From assembly GCA_964016885.1 (NCBI GenBank), contig OZ024765.1, positions 17,608,001-17,672,000 of the forward strand: 64,000 nt of DNA, written 5' to 3'. Shown in pieces: positions 43,398-58,056 of this stretch (position 1 is the stretch's first letter; each line of letters starts with the position of its first letter). A program made the translations under genes and the position numbers. The stretch is from Eledone cirrhosa (Eukaryota). The notes beneath the pieces were generated by a model. The model made no database searches, was not told the DNA's origin, and saw nothing but the letters and a program-made list of their open reading frames with translations.

Positions 43398-45095
43398 CTC
43401 GGTAGGGTAAAATTCCCCAGATCCATGGACGAGTTCTCTCCAGCGGACTCTGTCCCTCATTATCGCAGCCATATCCTGCTTCTCCAACAGACCAGTGTCT
43501 GTCCTTCGGGCATCAACATATGTTAACCTTGGTCTTCCTCTTCCAGTGTGTCCATGCAGGGGCTCCCACAGGAGCGCTGAGTGCAGTGTCAACACTGGAT
43601 GTCGGTGAGCATGTCCAGCTAACCTGAGTCTCCGTCTTCCAGTGTGTCCATGCAGGGGCTCACACAGAAGCACTGAGTGCAGTGTCAACTCTGGATGTCG
43701 GTGAGCATGTCCAGCTAACCTGAGTCTCCGTCTTCCAGTGTGTCCGTGCAGGGGCTCACACAGAAGCACTGAGTGCAGTGTCAACTCTGGATGTCGGTGA
43801 GCATGTCCATCTAACCTGAGTCTCCGTCTACCAGTGTGTCCATGCAGGGGCTCACACAGAAGCACTGAGTGCAGTGTCAACTCTGGATGTTGGTGAGCAT
43901 GTCCAGCTAACCTGAGTCTCCGTCTTCCAGTGTGTCCATGCAGGGGCTCACACAGAAGCACTGAGTGCAGTGTCAACTCTGGATGTTGGTGAGCATGTCC
44001 AGCTAACCTGAGTCTCCGGCTTCCAGTGTGTCCATGCAGGGGCTCACACAGAAGCACTGAGTGCAGTGTCAAATCTGGATGTTGGTGAGCATGTCCAGCT
44101 AACCTGAGTCTCCGTCTTCCAGTGTGTCCATGCAGGGGCTCACACAGAAGCACTGAGTGCAGTGTCAACTCTGGATGTCGGTGAGCATGTCCAGCTAACC
44201 TGAGTCTCCGTCTTCCAGTGTGTCCATGCAGGGGCTCACACAGAAGCACTGAGTGCAGTGTCAACTCTGGATGTCGGTGAGCATGTCCAGCTAACCTCAG
44301 TCTCCCTCTTCCAGTGTGTCCATGCAGGGTCTCCCACTGGAGCACTGAGTGCAGTGTCAACTCTGGATGTCGGTGAGTATGTCCAGCTAACCTCAGTCTC
44401 CCTCATCCAGTGTGTCCATGCAGGGGCTCACACAGGAGCACTGAGTGCAGTGTCAAGTCTGGTTGTCGGTGAACATGTCCAGCTAACCTCAGTCTCCCTC
44501 TTCCAGTGTGTCCATGAAGGGGCTCCCAGAGGAGCACTGAGTGCAGTGTCAACTCTGGTTGTCGGTGAACATGTCCAGCTAACCTCAGTCTCCCTCTTCC
44601 AGTGTGTCCATGAAGGGGCTCCCAGAGGAGCACTGAGTGCAGTGTCAACTCTGGTTGTCGGTGAACATGTCCAGCTAACCTCAGTCTCCCTCTTCCAGTG
44701 AGTCCATGAAGGGGCTCCCAGAGGAGCACTGATTGCAGTGTCAACTCTGGTTGTCGGTGAACATGTCCAGCTAACCTCAGTCTCCCTCTTCCAGTGTGTC
44801 CATGAAGGGGCTCCCAGAGGAGCACTGAGTGCAGTGTCAACTCTGGTTGTCGGTGAACATGTCCAGCTAACCTCAGTCTCCCTCTTCCAGTGTGTCCATG
44901 AAGGGGCTCCCAGAGGAGCACTGAGTGCAGTGTCAACTCTGGTTGTCGGTGAACATGTCCAGCTAACCTCAGTCTCCCTCTTCCAGTGTGTCCATGAAGG
45001 GGCTCCCAGAGGAGCACTGAGTGCAGTGTCAACTCTGGTTGTCGGTGAACATGTCCAGCTAACCTCAGTCTCCTCTGTGTCATTTTTGAGCTGTG
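43398..45095 (-). mobile_element. RTE LINE 3' fragment with 16 tandem in-frame copies of a 96-bp ORF segment
   Basis: RRLRLAGHxHRxPELTLHSVLLxEPLHGHTG repeat, period 96 (43541 to 44981), followed by the RTE C-terminus [10 protein letters not shown]...MRDRVRWR. Confidence 0.92.
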
Positions 45096-45406
45096 TCACT
45101 TTTTCTGGGACTAAAATCAGCTCTACGTATGGAGCTGAGAATATCATATATTGAGTTATAAACTCGAGATAATCTTTTACAATTAAATAGCTCAAAGAAG
45201 GGAATGTTTCCGTGTCGTGTAATACAAATGAATATATGATTACAGGAATATACGAACATTAGGATAGCGTCGGTTAACGATCTCTGTCCAGCCCTTATAA
45301 TATCTGTCTGTATGCCTGGCTGTCTGCATAACGACATTCTGACGAACGTCATTGCTGACGTATTATCTTCGCTACATTCACACACGCACACACACACATA
45401 TATACT

Positions 45407-45437
<31 letters not shown>

Positions 45438-45525
45438 ATAATAATAAAATTGAAGACTAAAATCCAAAGAGGGCTCGATAAGGATAAATATATATCAAAT
45501 ATATAAGAACCGTTCTGTTATTTTA

Positions 45526-45565
<40 letters not shown>

Positions 45566-45640
45566 CACACACATATCTACATAGAACTCATAACATTAAG
45601 TTCATATGTAGATATGTCACTATCTGTAAACCAATTATTG

Positions 45641-45701
45641 TATTTTACCTGACGATAGCTTGTCAAAATACGGGTACCCTTGAAATATATATAATAAAAT
45701 A
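45641..45701 (+). ncRNA. Degenerate hammerhead
   Basis: ATTTTAC-CTGACGA...GAAA-TATATA-TA-ATAAAAT; first pair of stem I and stem II are broken. Confidence 0.5.
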
Positions 45702-45759
45702 TATATGCTTTTAGAAAGATAGTTTCCATTTATTAATATTATTATATATATATATATAT

Positions 45760-45908
45760 TTATGTAATAAACAACATAAGGCAATTATTTCATTTACCAG
45801 TGGTTTCTTAAAAGCAAACAAATTTTGCTTTCAATCATCAGAATGAAAAAATCCTTATGTTATTAAATAATTATTAAATAATTGCCTTATGTTGTTTATT
45901 ACATAACT
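45760..45908. repeat. Inverted repeat, with a related copy at 46770-46857
   Basis: TTATGTAATAAACAACATAAGGCAATT vs AATTGCCTTATGTTGTTTATTACATAA; both loci carry CTGANGA-NN-GAAAGCA. Confidence 0.7.
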
Positions 45909-46208
45909 ATTAAGCTTTGTTACCTACATAGAGCACTCTTTTTTCCTGGACTTTTCCGACGGAATTACTTCATATATATATATACATTCATATGATTTAT
46001 TGATTTATTGATATTTTATCTTAGTGACCCGAATCTTCCTGATCGTAATTTTTCTGTCGTATGGGTGATTTTAGACATAATCTTTGTGTGTTGGTATTTT
46101 AACGATAGTTATAGCTCTGATTTATCTGAATTATTGAGCCCTCTGCCACTCATGTCGAATTTTGTTTATCGTGAACTCGTGCGCCGATTTTTCGATACTC
46201 GATTATTC

Positions 46209-46274
<66 letters not shown>

Positions 46275-46479
46275 GGAATAGAATGAAACGAAATTTCATT
46301 TTTCTCTCTTAGTACGGCACTTACTTACAAACAAACAAACCGAGCATTATAATAAATGTTCGGTAAACCGATACGTGCATATATATATATGTGTGCATGT
46401 ATGTATATACATACTACTCTACGTCTGTATACATATATGCATGTACGTATACATACATACATACTTAAATTTATATATA

Positions 46480-46539
<60 letters not shown>

Positions 46540-46682
46540 AAAATGTATGACCCCGACTGCAGAGCTCAAGCCGTTTCGACGGCTATTTCTGGACTCTTAC
46601 CCACTCTACTACCCTAAGTATTGAGTACTCTGGTGCGTTATGGTCCACCTGGTTCCTTACCACAAATCCTTCGTTATATATA

Positions 46683-46738
<56 letters not shown>

Positions 46739-46855
46739 AAGTAATTCCGTCGGAAAGGTACAGGAAGAAAGTACTGACGACTGAAAGCAGATTTGTTTGC
46801 TTTCAAGAAACCACTGGTAAATGAAATAATTATCTTATGTTGTTTATTACATAAC

Positions 46856-46887
<32 letters not shown>

Positions 46888-46889
<2 letters not shown>

Positions 46890-47034
46890 AGTGGCTATAC
46901 AACAGTTAGTTTCACTATACCGGGAACAATTGTTTCACCTTATCTGAACCTCAGGTCGTAATTACAAGCTGAGGATCCGCTAAGATGAAACAATTGTTCT
47001 CAGTATGGTGAACTAACTGTTGTGTAGCCACTTC
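46888..47034. repeat. ~145-bp imperfect palindrome of two head-to-head hammerhead-like units
   Basis: AAGTGGCTATACAACAGTTAG...CTAACTGTTGTGTAGCCACTT; plus arm CTGAGGA-TCCGCTAAGAT-GAAACAATTGTT. Confidence 0.75.
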
Positions 47035-47277
47035 TACCTAACTCATCCGATGGACTGAGTGATCTACCACTACGGATATTACATTCCAGCGTTCTACCAC
47101 TATATATATATATATATATATACATAGTAATAATAATAAATTTGAAAGCACCGATTCTTTGCTTAAACTTTTAAACTTTAATCTGTTATTTTAATAATAT
47201 ATATATACACACACATATTTATATACATATATATACACACACATATTTATATATATATATATACACACACACACATT

Positions 47278-47308
<31 letters not shown>

Positions 47309-47354
47309 GTGTGCGTGTGCGCGCGTTGTGTGTGTGTGCGTGCGTGCGTGCGTT

Positions 47355-47490
47355 TTGAAAGGACTTCCAAACAGTTCCCGTCTACTATATTTCACCCACA
47401 AGATATGGGTCTACTTGATGACATGGTTTGAAACATTTGCCCAGTGTGCTTGAACTCGGAAAACTGTGATTACGAATCGATAACCTTTAC
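47355..47490 (-). mobile_element. Old, degenerate tRNA-derived SINE
   Basis: GAGTTCAAG...CTGGGCAAATGT...GTGAAATATAGTAGACGGGAACTG; a partial relative lies at 48742-48785. Confidence 0.5.
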
Positions 47491-47554
47491 CTCCTGACTA
47501 ATTTTCGTCAACATATTGATTATAAAAATGTATCAATTAATCTAGATTAGAGTA

Positions 47555-48391
47555 CAGTAAGTCCCCCACTTTGCGAACAATCGACTTACGAACGGAATTA
47601 CTCAGATACGAACAGTCTCATGAAGATAAAATATTGTCTGATTGTGAAATTTGCGTTTTTGTGAGCTCTTTCAGGTCCTGGTTTTCTCCCTTTACCACAT
47701 AAAAAAAGGCTTCCTTCGTTTGCAGTATAAAAAGGGTTACATCTTTTGCAGCATAAAAACGGGGTTCTTCTTTTGCAGCATAAAAAAGGGTTCCTTCCTT
47801 TATAGCATGAAAAGGGGTTCTTTCTTTTGAAGCATGAAAAAGGTTTCCTTCTTTTACAGCATACAAAAGGGTTCCTTCTTTTACAGCATAAAAAAGTGCT
47901 CCTTCTTTTACAGCCTAAAAAATGGTTCCTTCTTTTACAGCATAAAAAGGGTTCCTTCTTTTACAACATAAAAAAGGGTTCTTTCTGTTGCAGCCGAAAA
48001 AAAAGCCGAAATCGTACCTACGGTATCGGATTCCATTCTACATTTTTTTAATTTAACAATTTATTCTCAGTATTTAAATTAATTATTACATGTTATATAT
48101 ATATACCACTATATACTGTTATATATACCTCTATATAATGTTATATATACCTCTATATAATGTTATATATACCTCTATATAATGTTATATATATATATAT
48201 ATACCACTATATACTGTTATATATACCTCTATATAATGTTATATATATATATATATATATCACTCATATGGAAACCTGCAATATCAATGCAACATATATC
48301 TTACTGGTATATACTGTGTTAGACGATCAACTTACGAACAAATCAACTAACGAACGGTCTCTTGGAACGTTCGTAAGTCGGGGACTTACAG
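47555..48391. mobile_element. Tc1/mariner (pogo/Tigger-like) non-autonomous element carrying a ~30-bp minisatellite (47690-47995)
   Basis: TA|CAGTAAGTCCCCCACTTTGCGAAC ... GTTCGTAAGTCGGGGACTTACAG|TA; internal CGACTTACGAAC-like repeats. Confidence 0.8.
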
Positions 48392-48404
48392 TATATAGAT
48401 TGTA

Positions 48405-48582
48405 TTTCATCCCGCAGGGTGTCCAAATATCACCATCCCCACCAAGCTTGCTTGGTGGGGATGGTGATATTTGGACACCCTGCAAGCTTGGTGGAGGTTA
48501 TCGGTTTAGTCGCCGACGACCCGACCATGTGGCAGGTTCGACTGGGTTACCTGTTACCAGTCGCACTTGAACGCGACCTGAG
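48405..48582 (-). mobile_element. 5' fragment of another RTE-like family, with an internal palindrome
   Basis: GCGACTGGTAACAGG...GGTCGGGTCGTCGGCGACTAAAC is homologous to the 600-bp element; perfect arms GCAGGGTGTCCAAATATCACCATCCCCACCAAGC and GCTTGGTGGGGATGGTGATATTTGGACACCCTGC. Confidence 0.7.
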
Positions 48583-48877
48583 ACACACATATATATATAT
48601 ACATGTATATACATATACACACACAAATATATACGTATATACGTATGGGTTGTATCAAAGATTATTATTATTGTTCGATATAACCCATACCTAATAGGCC
48701 CCGAACTGATGAGACTCCGGTTTCAAAACAGACTTTTGATCCCTTATCAGTGAAATTTGGCAGACGGGGACTAGGTAGAAGTCCATCAGATGGACCTCAG
48801 CATTCATTCCTTTCCACGATTTTCACTTCCATTTCAGCCGTGGTTTATATACTCACATATGTGTATATATATATATA

Positions 48878-48978
<101 letters not shown>

Positions 48979-49435
48979 ATCTTAGAATATATGCGTTTAA
49001 ACAGGTACGTATATATGTCTAAATACAGGCTCACACAATATATAAGCTTGTATGCATAATATATATATCAATATATATATATATATATATATACCTGCAT
49101 ATACACATATATAAATATACATGCTTATACACATATATAAATATACATGTTTATCCATATCTATATATACAAACATATACATACATATATACACATACAT
49201 ACATACATACAAGCACACACATATATACATACACTTAACACACACATATATATACACACACACACATACATACACACACACACACACATACGTATTCATA
49301 CACACGCAGTCACAGACACACTCAGTCACACACACACATATATATATACATATATATATATATACACACATATATACACACACACACACATATATATATA
49401 CACACACACATACTATATATATATACACACACACA

Positions 49436-49481
<46 letters not shown>

Positions 49482-49579
49482 CATTACAGCACCTGTATGA
49501 AACTGCACTCCACTGACATCGGTTTTTAATTAAGTCTCATTAGTGAACATTAACTTTTGATGCAGTGTACTCTAAAGCG

Positions 49580-50612
49580 CACCACCGCCACCTCCACCAC
49601 CACCATCACCACCATCACCATCACCACCATCAGCACCATCACCATCATCACTACCACCACCATCACCACCATCAGCACCATCACCATCATCACTACCACC
49701 ACCATCACTACCATCATCATCACCACCACCATCATCACCATTATCACTACGACCACTACCACCACCATCATCATCACCAACACCACCAATACCACCACCA
49801 TCACCACCATCAGCACCATCACCATCATCACTACCACCACCATCACCACCATCACTACCATCATCATCATCACCATTATCACTACGACCATTACCACCAT
49901 CATCATTACCACCACCACCATCATCATTACCACTACCACCACCACCATCATTACCACCACCACGATCATCATCACCAACACCACCACTACCACCACCATC
50001 ATCATTACCACCATCATCACCACCACCACCATCACCACCATCACCACCATCACCATCATCACTACCACCACCATCACCACCATCACTACCATCATCATCA
50101 CCACCACCATCATCACCATTATCACTACGACCATTACCACCACCATCATTACCACCACCACTACCACCACCATCATCATTACCACCACCACCACGATCAT
50201 CATCACCAACACCACCACTACCACCACCATCATCATTACCACCACCATCACCATCACCACCATCACCACCATCACTACCATCATCATCACCACCACCATC
50301 ATCACCATTATCTCTACGACCATTACCACCACCATCATTACCACCACCACTACCACCACCATCATCATTACCACCACCATCACCACTACCACCACCATCA
50401 CCACCATCATCATCACCACCACCATCATCACCATTATCACTACGGCCATTACCACCACCACCATCATCATTACCACCACCACCATCATCATCACCAACAC
50501 CACCACCACCATCATCATTACCACCACTATCACCACCATCATCATTACCACCACCACCATCATCATTACCACCACCACCAACACCAACACCACCACCACC
50601 ACCACCACCATC
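49580..50612. repeat. (CAC/CAT)n trinucleotide tract
   Basis: Seen directly. Confidence 0.95.
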
Positions 50613-50631
50613 GCGTCTGACCCTCTACAAT

Positions 50632-51040
50632 GAATTCTAGTATAGGCAGAATGCCAGAAATTTGGAAGGGGGGGGGGGGGGGGATCGATTAAATCTTCTC
50701 CAGTGTTTGACTGGTACTTTATTTTATCGATCCTGTAAGGATGAAAGGCAAAGTTAACCTCGGCGGGATTTGGATTCAGACCATTAAGGGCCGTAACTCT
50801 TTGCTGCAAAGCATGGCACCCGGCTTTCTATTGATACTGCCAAAGAAGAAGAAGAAGAATAGTTTCTGATTTCGGCACATGGCCTACAATTTTGCTGGAA
50901 GGGGGAGTAATTTACATCGACTCCTGTATGTGACAGGTACTTTATTTTATTGACCCCGTAAAGATGAAAGATAAAATTAACCTCGGAGGGGATTCGAAAT
51001 CAGAAGGTAAAGGTCCGACACTATGTCGTAAAGTATGTTG
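50632..51040 (-). mobile_element. Two head-to-tail family A SINE variants (50632-50843 and 50860-51040)
   Basis: Same head and body as family A with a longer 3' segment. Confidence 0.75.
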
Positions 51041-51099
51041 GTTGATGTTGTACTGATAGTGGTAATACACCGCCTGATGGAGGAGGAGGAGGGGGGGGG

Positions 51100-52910
51100 A
51101 GACAAAGAAGATGAAGAAAAAGAAGAAAAAGAAAAAAAGAAAAAAGAAAAAAGAAAAAAAGAAAAAAAGAAAAAGAAAAAGAAAAAGAAAAAGAAAAAGA
51201 AAAAGAAAAAGAAAAAGAAAAAGAAAAAAAGAAAATGAATGAAGAAAAATAAGAAAAAAGAAAAAGAAAAAGAAAAAAGAAAAAAGAAGAAAAAAGAAAA
51301 AGATGAAGAAATAGAAAAAGAATGAAGAAAAAGAAAAAGAGAAAAAAAAGAAAAAAGATGAAGAAAAAGAAGAAAAAAGAAAAAAAGATGAAGAAAAAGA
51401 AGAACAAAAGAAAAAGACGAGAAAGACGAACAACAACAACGAGAAAGAGGAGGGGCAGGAAATATGTTGCTAAATATGTCAAGCAGATTTATAACAAACA
51501 ATTGCTGAGGCGATAACGACAACACCATCACAACCAACAGCTCCAACACTATCACAACCACCAACACCATGAAAACCCCACAACCAACACCATCAAAACA
51601 TCACAACCAACAACACCAACACCATCAAAACCCCACAACCAAAACCACCAACACCTCACAGCCAACACCACCAACACCATCAAAACCCCACAACCAACAC
51701 CATCTAAACCTCACAACCAATGCCACCATCACGACCAACACCACCAACAACACCAACACCTCACAACCAACACCGCCAACACCATCAAAACCTCACAACT
51801 AACACCATCATCACAACCAACACCACCAACAACACCAACACCTCACAACCAACACCGCCAACACCATCAACACTCCACAACCAACTCCCAAACAAAACCT
51901 CACAACCAACACCATCATCACAACAAACACCACCAACACCTCACAACCAACACCATCACAACCCCACAACCAACACCACCAACACCACCACTACCAACAC
52001 CATCACAACCAACACAACACCATAACTAAAAGCATCAAAATCACACGACCAACACCATCACAACCAACACCACCAACACCACCACCACAACCACAACCAA
52101 CAACACCATCACAACCAACATCACCACTACCAACACCATCACAACCCCCACAACTAAAAGCATCAAAACGACACAACCAACACCATCACAACCCCACAAC
52201 CAATACCATCCCAACCTCACAACCAACACCACCAACACCACCACAACCAACACCATACAACCATCACCACCACTACAAACACACCACAATCAACACCACC
52301 AAACCCCACAACCAACACCACCAACACCTCACAACGAACACCAGCAACACTATCACAACCAACACCACCAACACCCCACAACCAACACCACCACTGCCAA
52401 CACCCCAACATCTCACAACCAACAACACCAAAAGCAGCAACACCCCACCACCAACACTACCAACACACCAACATCTCACAACCAACACCACCAACATCTC
52501 ACAACCAACACAACCAACACCACCAACACACCACCACCACTACCAACACCACCAACATCTCACAACCAACACCACCCAACACAACGAACACCACCACTAC
52601 CAACACCACCAACATCTCACAACCAACACCACCAGCACCTCACAACCAACACCACCAACATCTCACAACCAACACCAGCAAAACCTCACAACCAACACCA
52701 CCACAACCAACACCACCAACACATCAACACCACCACTAGCAACACCAACAACACCCCACAACCAACACCACCAACACACACACAGCACCACTAGCAACAC
52801 CACCAAAACCTCACAACCAACACCACCAACACCACCACTACTTCACAACCAACACCAACACACCTCACCAATACCAAGAGCCACCCTCACCACCATCAAC
52901 AACCAAAACA
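51100..52910. repeat. (GAAAAA)n tract followed by a (CAACAC)-rich low-complexity tract
   Basis: Seen directly. Confidence 0.9.
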
Positions 52911-52940
52911 ATGTTTTTACAGTATGCAGAAGTGTATATA

Positions 52941-53016
52941 TATGGTGTCCCCCAAAAATGTATACATAATTCAACAGCAAATAACTCAAATGTGCATACA
53001 TTTTTGGAGCACACTG
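52941..53016. mobile_element. Tiny (~76-bp) mariner-like MITE
   Basis: GGTGTCCCCCAAAAATGTATACA vs TGCATACATTTTTGGAGCACACTG inverted repeats. Confidence 0.6.
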
Positions 53017-53119
53017 TGTGTATACATATACATACCTATACATATACATACTTATACACATATATATACATGCATATACATGCATATACATGCACAGATA
53101 TACATACATATATATATAC

Positions 53120-53152
<33 letters not shown>

Positions 53153-53436
53153 CATATATATATACATACATATATATATACATATATATATATATACATA
53201 TATATATACATATATATATACATATATATATACATATATATATACATATATATACATACATATATATATACACATACATATATATATACACATATATATA
53301 TATACACATATATATATACACATATATATATACACATATATACACATACATAAATATACATACATAAATACATACATATATATATACACATATATATATA
53401 TACATACATAAATATACATATATATATACATACATA

Positions 53437-53502
<66 letters not shown>

Positions 53503-53629
53503 CACATATATATACATATAAATGCATACATATATGTACATACATATATATATACATACATATATATATATATATATATACATACATATATATATATATA
53601 TACATACATATATAAATACATACATATAA

Positions 53630-53660
<31 letters not shown>

Positions 53661-53741
53661 AATACACATATATACATACATAAATATATATATATATATT
53701 TACACATACATGTACATACGTATATATATATACATACATAT

Positions 53742-54333
53742 ATGATGGCTGCCAACTCGTTTTCGAGTACGGCCACTACTTTATATCCATGTAGGAGAAC
53801 CCCTACCGATGCGCTGAACGAGTGTGACATTTTAGTCCAGCCAGCGACTTGAAAACTCTGGTACAAACACGACACTTGTGACAATTATTGACACATAGTG
53901 CTGGGCCCATGGTACCATGTGACGACAAGTGCAGAGAGATCTCCAGATATAAAGCAATGCCTGTGCCAGGAAGCTTTTATAGTGAGCAAAGGCACTGCAC
54001 AAAGCCAGTCCCACTCTCTTAACCAAGATGATATTTACCAAAAAGAAGAATAAGTCAACATCATTGGATACCATCAGGGTTGCAGGTGTTATATCAGAGT
54101 TTTCCTTCTCCTAGAATTCTGCCTTGACAAAGGCTAAGGGGTCATCTCTCCCGGTGATTTTGGATGGCCATTGACTCTTAAGAGCTCCTTTGCCCTTTGA
54201 CAGGTTTTGTTTTTAGTCCTGCAGGATGTCCAAAGTCACCCTCCTCACCAAGAAACCTTGGTGGGGTTGCCAGTTTAGTCGCCAACGACCCGACCATGAG
54301 AAAGGTTGTACTGGGATACATGTTACAAGTAGC
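53742..54333 (-). mobile_element. RTE-derived non-autonomous element, copy 3
   Basis: Colinear with copies 1 and 2, slightly 5'-truncated. Confidence 0.85.
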
Positions 54334-54398
54334 TTATATATATACATACATAAATATATATATACATATATATATGAATACATACATATATATACACA

Positions 54399-54429
<31 letters not shown>

Positions 54430-55033
54430 ATATACATACATATATATACACATACATATATATATATATATACATATATATACACATACATATATATATA
54501 TACATATATATACACATATATATATATACATACATATATATACACATACATATATATACATACATACATATATATACACATACATATATATACACATACA
54601 TATATATACACATACATATACATATATATACATATATATATATATACATACATATATACATACATACATATATATACCCATACATAGATATACAAATACA
54701 TACATATATATAAATATATATATACATTCATATACATACATATATATAAATATATATATACATACATATATATATATACACATACATATACATATATATA
54801 TATACATATATACATACATATATACATACATATATATATATACATATATGCATATATATACATACATATATACATACATATACATATATATATATACATA
54901 TATATATATAAACATACATACATATACATATATATATACATATATATATATAAACATACATACATATACATATATATATATACATATATATATATAAACA
55001 TACATACATATACATACATACATATACATACAT

Positions 55034-55067
<34 letters not shown>

Positions 55068-55493
55068 ATATACATATATATATATAAACATACATACATA
55101 TACATACATACATATACATACATATATATATATATATATATACATATACATACATATATATATATATATACATATACATACATATACATACATATATATA
55201 CACATACATATATATACACATACATATATATACATATATATATACACACATACATACACATACATATACATATATACATATACATACATATATATACATA
55301 CATACACATATACATACATATATATACATACATACATATATATATATACATACACATACATATACATACACATACATATACATACATATATATACATATA
55401 CATACATACGTATATATACATACATATATATATATAGACATACATATATACACACATATATACAGTATACATACATATAAGCAGTATACATAC

Positions 55494-55536
<43 letters not shown>

Positions 55537-56072
55537 ATGAAATTTTTTCTTTAATGCCATTGGAAAATTTCAATCGATATCGTATATCGTTACTGGCAGT
55601 GATACAGATTATGTTATTATCCCAGGGCATATCCTCATTGAACTAAGGTAAGATCAAAGACATCCAAACACCGTTCGATTTTTTTTTAAGCGATGATTTT
55701 TCTTTTTTTTTTTTTTGGTTATATATTTTTTTTAATATATATTTTTTTAAATTTAATTTTGGATTTATTTTAGAAATCTATGTATATAGGGCAAAGTTTC
55801 CCTGCAACAACACACAGGGGATTTCTGAGGCATAAATACATATATACACATATATATATATACAAATATATACATATATATATATATATATATATCTATG
55901 TAATATATATAATATATATGTATATATAATATATATATATATATATATACATACATAATATATATATATAAATACATTATATATATATATATATATAATG
56001 TATATATATATATACATTATATATATATATATACATTATATATATATATATACATTATATATATATATAATG

Positions 56073-56110
<38 letters not shown>

Positions 56111-56216
56111 ATATGTATATATAATGTATAACTATATATATGTATATATATATATATATATATACATTATATATATGTATATAAAATGTATATAATGTAT
56201 ATATATATATATACAT

Positions 56217-56248
<32 letters not shown>

Positions 56249-56403
56249 ATATATATATATTCATTATATATATATATATATAATATATAAAAATGTATAT
56301 ATAGTATATTCATTATATATATATATATAAATATATATATACATTATATATATATATATATATATACATTATATATATATATATAATGTATATATATATA
56401 TTC

Positions 56404-56438
<35 letters not shown>

Positions 56439-56725
56439 TATATATATATATATATATAACATTATATATATATATATATATATATTATACATTATATATA
56501 TATATATAAAATGTATATATATATATTCATTATATATATATATATAAATATATATATACATTATATATATATATATATAAAATGTATATATATATATTCA
56601 TTATATATATATATATATATATAAAGATATATATACATTATATATATATATATATAAAACTATATATATACATTATATATATATAAATATATATATACAT
56701 TATATATATAAATATATATATACAT

Positions 56726-56757
<32 letters not shown>

Positions 56758-56810
56758 TATATATAATGTATATATATATATAAATATATATATACATTAT
56801 ATATATATAT
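54334..56810. repeat. (TA)/(CATA)/(CATTA) microsatellite fields
   Basis: Seen directly; a unique island lies at ~55530-55830. Confidence 0.9.
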
Positions 56811-56817
56811 TTTTTTT

Positions 56818-57033
56818 TAACGATCGACTTTCGTCAAATCGGACCGAGGAAACAATGTTTCCGTTGGTCTTTCCAGTTGATAATACTATCTATCGGTCGC
56901 AACTCCAGGTAAAAGGAGCAACGTGAAATAAAGTGCCTTGCTCAAGGACATAACGCATCACCTGGTCAGGAATCGAACTTACAACCTCAAGATTATGAAC
57001 CCAATTCTCTAACCAATCAGCCACACGCCTTCA
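56818..57033 (-). mobile_element. tRNA-derived CORE-like SINE (family B)
   Basis: TGGCTGATTGG A-box, GTTCGATTCC B-box, TGTCCTTGAGCAAGGCACTT core-like segment. Confidence 0.8.
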
Positions 57034-57141
57034 TAAATCTAATGTATATATATATAAATATATATATACATTATATATATATATACATTATATATATACA
57101 TTATATATATATATATATATATATAATGTATATATATATAT

Positions 57142-57262
57142 ATATGTTGATGCCCTAAGGACAGACACTGGTCTGTTGGAGATGCAGGATATGGCAGCGA
57201 TAATGAGGGACAGAGACCGCTGGAGAGAACTCGTCCATGGATCTCGGAATTTTACCCGCCTT

Positions 57263-57310
<48 letters not shown>

Positions 57311-58056
57311 TCTATCTATCTAAGGCGGGTAAAATTCCCGAGATCCATGGATGAGTTCTCTCCAGCGGTCTCTGTCCCTCATTATCGCTGCCATGTCCTG
57401 CATCTCCAACAGACCAGTGTCTGTCCTTAGGTCATCAACATACGTTAACCTTGGTCTTCACTTCTAGGTGTGTCCATGTAGGGGCTCCCAAAGTAGCACT
57501 GAGTTGAATGTCAACTCTGGATGTCGGTGAGCATGTCCAGCCAACCTCAGTCTCCTCTGTGTCACTTTTGAGCTGACTTTTGGGATGCTCCCATACAGCC
57601 CTGAGTTTTTCATACTCAGTGTATACTGATTAATGCTCAGAGCCATCCTCAACATTGTCGTGTAGCACCCATCCTCCATCTGAGTGAGTTTCTTGGGTCA
57701 GTGTCCAAGTCTCAGACCCATACAGCAGCACAGACTCCACTACAGCAACGAAGAGGCGGACTTTCACGTCTCTACGAAGGTCCGACTTCCACAACGATCT
57801 CAAGCTGTGGCACAGAGGAGACTGAGGTTGGCTGGACATGCTCACCGACATCCAGAGTTGACATTGCACTCAGTGCTCATGTGCGAGCCCTACATGGACA
57901 CACTAGAAGAGGAAGACCAAGGTTAACATATGTTGATGCCCTAAGGACAGACACTGGTCTGTTGGAGACGCAGGACATGGCAGCGATAATGAGGGACAGA
58001 GACCGCTGGAGAGAACTCGTCCATGGATCTCGGGAATTTTACCCGCCTTAGATAGA
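57142..58056. mobile_element. Three RTE 3' fragments in +/-/+ orientation (57142-57264, 57312-57803, 57807-58056)
   Basis: VKVRLFVAVVESVLLYGSETWTLT...RRLRLAGH...[10 protein letters not shown]...DRDRWR; same family as 43398-45095. Confidence 0.9.

Noticed and set aside
49550-50809. Poly-His, poly-Thr/Ile and poly-Val/Met ORFs
   Set aside because: A trinucleotide tract open in several frames on both strands, with no unique coding flank.
56940-57033. tRNA gene
   Set aside because: The A and B boxes run into a SINE body and no complete cloverleaf forms; the same holds for family A heads.
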